Source of the DNA: a bacterium
GTDB lineage: Bacteria > UBA8248
Direction of reading: 5' to 3'
DNA length: 64,000 nt
Assembly: GCA_965199855.1 (NCBI GenBank)
Contig: OZ241326.1
Span: 1,184,001-1,248,000 of the forward strand
The position numbers and the translations under genes are program-made. The notes below the pieces were generated by a model, which was not told the DNA's origin, ran no database searches, and saw only the letters and a program-made list of their open reading frames with translations. Each line of letters opens with the position of its first letter. Positions within the stretch are counted from its first letter, which is position 1. Shown here piece by piece: positions 58,456 through 64,000 of this stretch.

Positions 58456-59265
58456 ATGAATAATGATGCAACAGAAGGTCCTAAAAAGAAGCGTGCTGGC
58501 CGGAGCCCGAGTTATCCTGTAATAGATATTCAAACAGCCTTGAAGCGCGCCCAAGAACTTTACGATCAAGCTCAGCATCACTATTCCCCGGTGGATATCG
58601 TGGCAAAACATTGGGGATATAATCCTGGAAGCGGATTGGCGGCTAGCACTATCGCGGCCCTGATAAGGTATGGGTTTCTGGTAGCTGAAGGTGCGGCGAA
58701 AGAGCGCAAAGTCCGCCTTACGGATTTTTCCCTCGATATAATCAGGGATAAAAGAAGGGCCTCTGCGGAGCGAGATCGGAGGATCATGGAGGCTGCATTA
58801 AGGCCGAAGATTCATGCTGAAATATATGAAATGTATGGATATGATTTGGTGTCAGATGCAGATCTCTTATATGAATTGGAGAGGAATAAGAACTTCACGC
58901 CTAGCGGAGCAAAAGAGTTTATCTCTCAATATAAACGGACATTGGAGTTCATAAAGGGCTTGGGGGTTGAAGAGACCTTCTCTGGCGAAGGCGCTGATGA
59001 ACAGCCAGTAAGCGCACTGCCAACAGAGCATCAAACCGATGAAACGGGTGGGGACATTCCTTCTCCTCCAAAAGGGGGGAATGTGCAAACAATAAAGATT
59101 CCCATGCTGGAAGGCGTGTGGCCCACTTTAACCGCACAATTCCCGATGAACAAAGAGGACTGGGATTATATGATAAAAGTCTTAACAACAATGGAACCAA
59201 AGTTGGTTAAAGCAGAACCCCAATTTCAAGAGGTTGCAACAGAAGGAGAGGCGGAGAATCCCTAG
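58456..59265 (+). CDS. Uncharacterised protein, probable winged-helix nucleic-acid-binding N-domain, acidic linker, small C-domain
   Basis: RSPSYP.I.I..A, A..WGY...SG....IAAL..YGFL...V.LT wing-like pattern; strong RBS. Confidence 0.75.
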   Translation: MNNDATEGPKKKRAGRSPSYPVIDIQTALKRAQELYDQAQHHYSPVDIVAKHWGYNPGSGLAASTIAALIRYGFLVAEGAAKERKVRLTDFSLDIIRDKRRASAERDRRIMEAALRPKIHAEIYEMYGYDLVSDADLLYELERNKNFTPSGAKEFISQYKRTLEFIKGLGVEETFSGEGADEQPVSALPTEHQTDETGGDIPSPPKGGNVQTIKIPMLEGVWPTLTAQFPMNKEDWDYMIKVLTTMEPKLVKAEPQFQEVATEGEAENP

Positions 59266-59342
59266 AGTAAAACGAAAAATTTTTTGAGGGTTGGATGGCA
59301 TTGAAGAAGAGCTTTCGTGCCCGTGTGTGAGCTGTGTGAGAA

Positions 59343-59371
59343 GGCGCCGCCATAAGCGAGGCGCCGTTTTT
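59343..59371 (+). terminator. Possible intrinsic terminator
   Basis: GGCGCC...GGCGCC stem followed by GTTTTT. Confidence 0.4.
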
Positions 59372-59415
59372 GCTTCTCCTTTATTTTTCTATTCCTACGG
59401 AGGAACGACAAGGAA

Positions 59416-59979
59416 ATGCACCCCCTCATCAAGAACCGCAGAAGCCGGCGCGACTTCAACGGCGAGCCGCCGGAGCCGGAGAAGCTCGAAGCCATGCTCG
59501 AGGCGTTCCGCTGGGCGCCCTCCTCGAACAACCGCCAGCCCTGGCGCGTCATCGTCGTACGCTCGAAGGAGGCGCACGAGAAGTTCGACGCCTGCCTGAA
59601 CGAGGGAAACCGTCAGTGGGCGACCGCCGCCCCGATCAAGATGGTCATCCTCGGAAATCCCGAGGAGCAGCCCGCGCGCTTCGAGCAGGATCGCTGGCTG
59701 CTCGACGTAGGGATGGCGCTCGAAAACCTCCTGCTCCAGGGCAGCGACCTGGGTCTCACCGTGCACGCCATGGCGGGGTGGGACGAGGCGAAGGCGCTCG
59801 AGAATTTCAGCGTCCCCGAGCCGTTTCGCGTCGCGGCGCTCTTCGCCGTGGGCTATCCGGGTAAGACGGAGGATTTGCATCCCGAAGTCCGGGCGAAGGA
59901 GAACAAGCCGCCCGCGCGGAAAGACCCCGCCGAGATTTTCTTCCAGGATTCGTTCGGCCAGGGGGCGAAGCCCGAATAA
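59416..59979 (+). CDS. Nitroreductase family protein
   Basis: RRSRRDF, EAFRWAPSSNNRQPWR, D.GMA.ENL.LQ, H.MAGWD, VGYP. Confidence 0.92.
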   Translation: MHPLIKNRRSRRDFNGEPPEPEKLEAMLEAFRWAPSSNNRQPWRVIVVRSKEAHEKFDACLNEGNRQWATAAPIKMVILGNPEEQPARFEQDRWLLDVGMALENLLLQGSDLGLTVHAMAGWDEAKALENFSVPEPFRVAALFAVGYPGKTEDLHPEVRAKENKPPARKDPAEIFFQDSFGQGAKPE

Positions 59980-60025
59980 GGGCGGCGTTCGCCCGGCTCG
60001 CCCGCGCGAAGCGTAAGGAACTCTC

Positions 60026-60697
60026 TTGTTCTCCTCCGACTTCATCCAGCAGCTGCTGATAGCGATTCCCGCCATTCTGCTCGCGCTCACCTTCCACGAG
60101 GTGGCGCACGGCTGGATGGCCGAGAAGCTGGGCGACGGCACCGCCCGCGCCCTCGGCCGCCTGAACCTCAACCCCTTCGTCCATCTCGATCCGCTCGGAA
60201 CGCTGGCCTTCGTCGTCTCCATGCTGAGCGGCGTGGGCTTCGGCTGGGCGAAGCCGGTGCCGGTGGACCCGGGCAATTTCCGCCGTCCCCGGCGCGCGAT
60301 GATGTGGGTGGCGCTCGCCGGGCCGGCGGCGAACGTCGTCCTCGCCGTCGCCAGCGGCTTCGCCCTTCACGCCATGCGGCGCCTCGGGCTGGAATTCAGC
60401 TGGGCGGGCGAGCCGCTCGCGCTCATGCTGCGGGCGAGCTTCGTCATCAACACCGCGCTGGCGGCGTTCAACCTCATCCCCATCCTGCCCTTCGACGGGG
60501 GGAGAATCCTCATGGGGCTTCTGCCGAGGCGGTGGGCGTGGGGCTACTCCAAGAGCGAGCCGTTCGGCTTCTTCATCGTGCTGGGTCTGCTGATGCTGGG
60601 GCTTCTGCACGAGATCATGATGCCGATTTTCATCGCCCTGGCCGCCGCGGAGCAGGTTTTTGTGGTAAATCTTCTCAGAATCGTCGGGCTGGCCTAG
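60026..60697 (+). CDS. Site-2 protease (peptidase M50)
   Basis: [34 protein letters not shown]. Confidence 0.93.
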   Translation: MFSSDFIQQLLIAIPAILLALTFHEVAHGWMAEKLGDGTARALGRLNLNPFVHLDPLGTLAFVVSMLSGVGFGWAKPVPVDPGNFRRPRRAMMWVALAGPAANVVLAVASGFALHAMRRLGLEFSWAGEPLALMLRASFVINTALAAFNLIPILPFDGGRILMGLLPRRWAWGYSKSEPFGFFIVLGLLMLGLLHEIMMPIFIALAAAEQVFVVNLLRIVGLA

Positions 60698-60721
60698 GCG
60701 GCGCTCTTCGTGGGGAGGAAG

Positions 60722-61765
60722 ATGGCGGACAAGCGGAAAAAAGAGGGGCCGACGCGGATTCTCTCGGGCGTCCAGCCCTCGGGACAGCTGCATCTGGGCA
60801 ACTATTTCGGCGCGCTCCGGCAGCACGTCGCCCTTCAGGAAGAAGCCGAGGCCTTCTACTTCATCGCCAACTACCACGCGATGACGACGGTGCGCGACGC
60901 GGAAGCCCTCGCCCGCCGGACGCTGGACGCGGCGATGGACTATCTCGCCCTGGGTCTCGACCCCGAAAAGGCGGTGTTCTTCCGGCAGTCCGACGTGCCG
61001 GAGGTGAACGAGCTCGCCTGGATTCTCGCCACGGTCACGGGCAAGGGGCTGCTGGATCGCGCCACCTCCTTCAAGGACAAGACGGCGCGGGGCGTCACGC
61101 CCTCGATGGGGCTGTATTGCTATCCGATGCTCATGGCGGCCGACATTCTCATCTATCGCTCCACCCTCGTGCCGGTGGGGGAGGATCAGGCGCAGCACGT
61201 CGAGATGACGCGGGACATGGCGCAGGCGTTCAACGCCGCCTACGGGGAGGTTTTCCCCCTTCCCGAGGCGCGGCTCGACGAGGGGGCGAAGGCGCCCGGC
61301 ACGGACGGCAGGAAGATGAGCAAGAGCTACGACAACGCGATCGGGATTTTCGAGGAGGGGGGAAGCCTCAAGAAGCGCGTGATGTCGATCGTCACCGACT
61401 CCACGCCGATCGACGAGCCCAAGGACCCCGACGCCTGCAACGTGTTCGCCCTGTTCAAACTCTTCGCCGACGAGAGCGAGCAGGAGGCGCTGCGGGCGCG
61501 ATACCGCGCGCCCGGGTTCGGCTACGGCCACGCGAAGCGGATGCTGCTGGAGAGGATCGACGCGCGCTTCTCGCCCTACCGGGAGGAGAGGAAGCGCCTG
61601 GAGAAGGACCCCGCCTACGTCGAGAGCGTTCTGGCCGAGGGCGGCGCCAGGGCCAGGGCGGAGGCGCAGGCCACGATGCGCCTGGCGCGGGAGGCGGCGG
61701 GCATTCCCGCCGCGCCCGTTCGGGCGGCCGATTGGACGCGGAGAAGGGATCGGACGGAAAAATGA
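60722..61765 (+). CDS. trpS: Tryptophan--tRNA ligase
   Basis: [38 protein letters not shown]. Confidence 0.97.
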   Translation: MADKRKKEGPTRILSGVQPSGQLHLGNYFGALRQHVALQEEAEAFYFIANYHAMTTVRDAEALARRTLDAAMDYLALGLDPEKAVFFRQSDVPEVNELAWILATVTGKGLLDRATSFKDKTARGVTPSMGLYCYPMLMAADILIYRSTLVPVGEDQAQHVEMTRDMAQAFNAAYGEVFPLPEARLDEGAKAPGTDGRKMSKSYDNAIGIFEEGGSLKKRVMSIVTDSTPIDEPKDPDACNVFALFKLFADESEQEALRARYRAPGFGYGHAKRMLLERIDARFSPYREERKRLEKDPAYVESVLAEGGARARAEAQATMRLAREAAGIPAAPVRAADWTRRRDRTEK

Positions 61766-64000
61766 CGACGAACTACAAGGAGCTGCTGAACCTGCCGAAG
61801 ACCTCGTTCCCGATGAAGGGGAACCTCCCGCGGCGCGAGCCCGAGATGCTCGAGGCCTGGGAGAAGCGGGACATCTACGCGCGGATACGCGAGCAGTCTC
61901 GGGGGCGCGAGAAATACGTTCTGCACGACGGCCCCCCCTACGCGAACGGACACATCCACCTGGGGACGGTGCTGAACAAGATTTTGAAGGACATCGTGGT
62001 GAAGTCGAAGCAGATGGCGGGCTTCGACGCCGTCTTCGTGCCCGGCTGGGACTGCCACGGCCTGCCCATCGAGCATCAGGTCGATAAGGAGCTCGGCGCG
62101 AGGCGCTTCGAGGTCGCGCCCGTCGAGAAGCGCAGGCTGTGCCGGGAATACGCCGAGAAGTTCATCGACATCCAGCGCGAGGAGTTCAAGCGGCTGGGCG
62201 TCTTCGGGGACTGGGAGCGGCCCTATCTCACCATGAGCTTCGACTACGAGGCGGCCACCGTGCGCGAGCTGGCGCGCTTCATGGAGCGCGGCGGCGTGTA
62301 TCTGGGCTTGAAGCCCGTGCACTGGGCGCCGGGGCTGAGAACCGCGCTCGCCGAGGCGGAGGTGGAGTATGAGGAAATCACCACCCCGAGCGTCTATGTG
62401 AAGTTTCCCGTCCCGGAAGATCATCTGGCCGGGTGGGCGGAGAAGATTCCCGGGCTCGCCGAAGCCGTCGGAGAGGCGCCGCTGAGCGTCCTCATCTGGA
62501 CGACCACGCCCTGGACGCTGCCCGCCAACCTCGCCCTCGCCTTCGGCGCGTCCCTGGAATACGGCGTGTTTCGCCACGGGGAGGAGTTTCTCGTCTTCCA
62601 CGAGCATTTCCTGCCGCGTCTCGGGCGGCTGGCGGAGAAGGAGGGCGCGGGCGTCCCGTTCGAGAAGGCGGCCGTCTTCCGGGGGGCGCAGGTCGAGGGG
62701 CTGCGCGCGCGGCATCCCTGGATAGCGCGGGACTCCCTGGCCGTGCTGGCCGACTACGTGACCCTGGAGCAGGGAACGGGCGTAGTCCACACCGCCCCCG
62801 GCCACGGGCGCGAGGACTACGAGACCGGCCTGGAATACGGCCTTGACGTGTATAGCCCGGTGGACGACGACGGGAAATTCGCGCCGGAGGTCGAGCATTT
62901 CGCCGGCCAGTTCGTCTTCGACGCGGACCCGAACATCATCGCGCATCTGCGGGAGGCGGGCCGCCTCTTCGCCGTGGAGGACTACGCCCACCCCTATCCG
63001 CACGACTGGCGCAGCCACAGGCCGACCATCTTCCGCGCGACGCCCCAGTGGTTCATCTCGATGGAGCGCGGCGGCCTGCGCGAGCGTGCCCTGGCGGAGA
63101 TTCGCAAGGTGGCGTGGATTCCCCCCTGGGGCGAGGAGCGCATCTACGGCATGGTGGAGAACAGGCCGGACTGGTGCATCTCGCGCCAGCGCGCGTGGGG
63201 GGTGCCCATCGCCGCCTTCCACTGCGAGGGCGAGGGCTGCGCCCGCCCCGTCGTGGACGCCGAAATCGCCCGCCGGGTGGCCGACCTGATGGAGGAGGGC
63301 GGCGCGGACGTGTGGTTCGAGCGGGAGGCCGCCGCGCTTCTGCCCCCCGGCTACAGGTGCCCCGAATGCGGGGGGGCGTCCTTCCGAAAAGAGACCGACA
63401 TCCTCGACGTGTGGTTCGACTCGGGCGTGAGTCAGGCGGCCGTCCTGGAGAGGCGCGAGGAGCTCGCCTGGCCCGCCGACATGTATCTCGAGGGCAGCGA
63501 TCAGCACCGGGGCTGGTTCCACAGCTCCCTGCTCGCCGCCGTGGGCGCGCGCGGCGCGGCGCCCTACCGAGAGGTGCTCACCCACGGCTACGTGGTGGAC
63601 GGCCGGGGCAAGAAGATGAGCAAGTCGCTCGGCAACACCATCGCGCCCGAGGAGATCATCAAGAAATACGGGGCGGAGATTCTCAGGCTCTGGGTGGCGG
63701 GGGAGAACTACAGGGAGGACATCCGCATCTCCCCGCAGATTCTGGATCGCATGGCCGAGGCGTATCGCCGCATCCGCAACACCTGCCGCTTCCTGCTCGG
63801 CAACCTGCGCGACTATGAGGATTTCGACCCCCGCAGGGACGCGGTTCCCCCGCCCGATCGCATGGAGATCGACCGCCTGATCATGAGCCGCCTGGACAGG
63901 CTCGTCGGGCGCGCGCGCGAGGCGTACGCCGCCTACGAGTTCCACGCGGTCTATCACGCGCTCAACAACTTCTGCGCGGTCGATCTCTCCTCGTTCTATC
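61762..64000 (+). CDS. ileS: Isoleucine--tRNA ligase (partial, runs off the window end)
   Basis: Read manually: [86 protein letters not shown]. Confidence 0.97.
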   Translation, partial: MTTNYKELLNLPKTSFPMKGNLPRREPEMLEAWEKRDIYARIREQSRGREKYVLHDGPPYANGHIHLGTVLNKILKDIVVKSKQMAGFDAVFVPGWDCHGLPIEHQVDKELGARRFEVAPVEKRRLCREYAEKFIDIQREEFKRLGVFGDWERPYLTMSFDYEAATVRELARFMERGGVYLGLKPVHWAPGLRTALAEAEVEYEEITTPSVYVKFPVPEDHLAGWAEKIPGLAEAVGEAPLSVLIWTTTPWTLPANLALAFGASLEYGVFRHGEEFLVFHEHFLPRLGRLAEKEGAGVPFEKAAVFRGAQVEGLRARHPWIARDSLAVLADYVTLEQGTGVVHTAPGHGREDYETGLEYGLDVYSPVDDDGKFAPEVEHFAGQFVFDADPNIIAHLREAGRLFAVEDYAHPYPHDWRSHRPTIFRATPQWFISMERGGLRERALAEIRKVAWIPPWGEERIYGMVENRPDWCISRQRAWGVPIAAFHCEGEGCARPVVDAEIARRVADLMEEGGADVWFEREAAALLPPGYRCPECGGASFRKETDILDVWFDSGVSQAAVLERREELAWPADMYLEGSDQHRGWFHSSLLAAVGARGAAPYREVLTHGYVVDGRGKKMSKSLGNTIAPEEIIKKYGAEILRLWVAGENYREDIRISPQILDRMAEAYRRIRNTCRFLLGNLRDYEDFDPRRDAVPPPDRMEIDRLIMSRLDRLVGRAREAYAAYEFHAVYHALNNFCAVDLSSFY

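Larger units (their letters stand above)
56612..59300. mobile_element. Low-GC horizontally acquired islet (R-M pair, tRNA-like RNA, wHTH-like gene); no integrase seen
   Basis: Abrupt drop in GC right after the 56611 stop, host-like again from about 59410. Confidence 0.7.

Noticed and set aside
61945-61985. IleRS HIGH motif reads HLGT
   Set aside because: Variation in this motif is known among class I synthetases; nothing here indicates a special function.

Overview
High-GC (about 70% by eye) bacterial chromosomal segment. It is mostly housekeeping and catabolic genes (moaB, coaD, aspartate aminotransferase, tyrS, panE-like, sdhCAB, trpS, partial ileS, many dehydrogenases and hydrolases), with many GTAG-type REP palindromes in the intergenic spaces. 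Several lower-GC accessory islets interrupt it: an ABC-ATPase+TOPRIM pair, a single-chain N6-MTase/nuclease R-M gene next to a repeat-bearing Swt1-like HEPN gene, an MTase-HNH fusion, and a MunI-like R-M islet. Most notable: (1) inside the MunI islet, a promoter-driven structured RNA of about 175 nt ending in a 70-nt non-canonical tRNA-like domain with alanine identity (G3:U70, A73, CCA), transcribed divergently from an uncharacterised winged-helix-like gene; (2) a HEPN gene with a modular repeat array that carries a 66-bp in-frame copy of the neighbouring dehydrogenase gene; (3) a tandem cassette of small secreted two-Cys proteins with a conserved hairpin-rich leader but divergent mature regions; (4) long simple-sequence repeats in the leader of an autotransporter-like gene. 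Family calls come from motif recognition by eye, not database searches.
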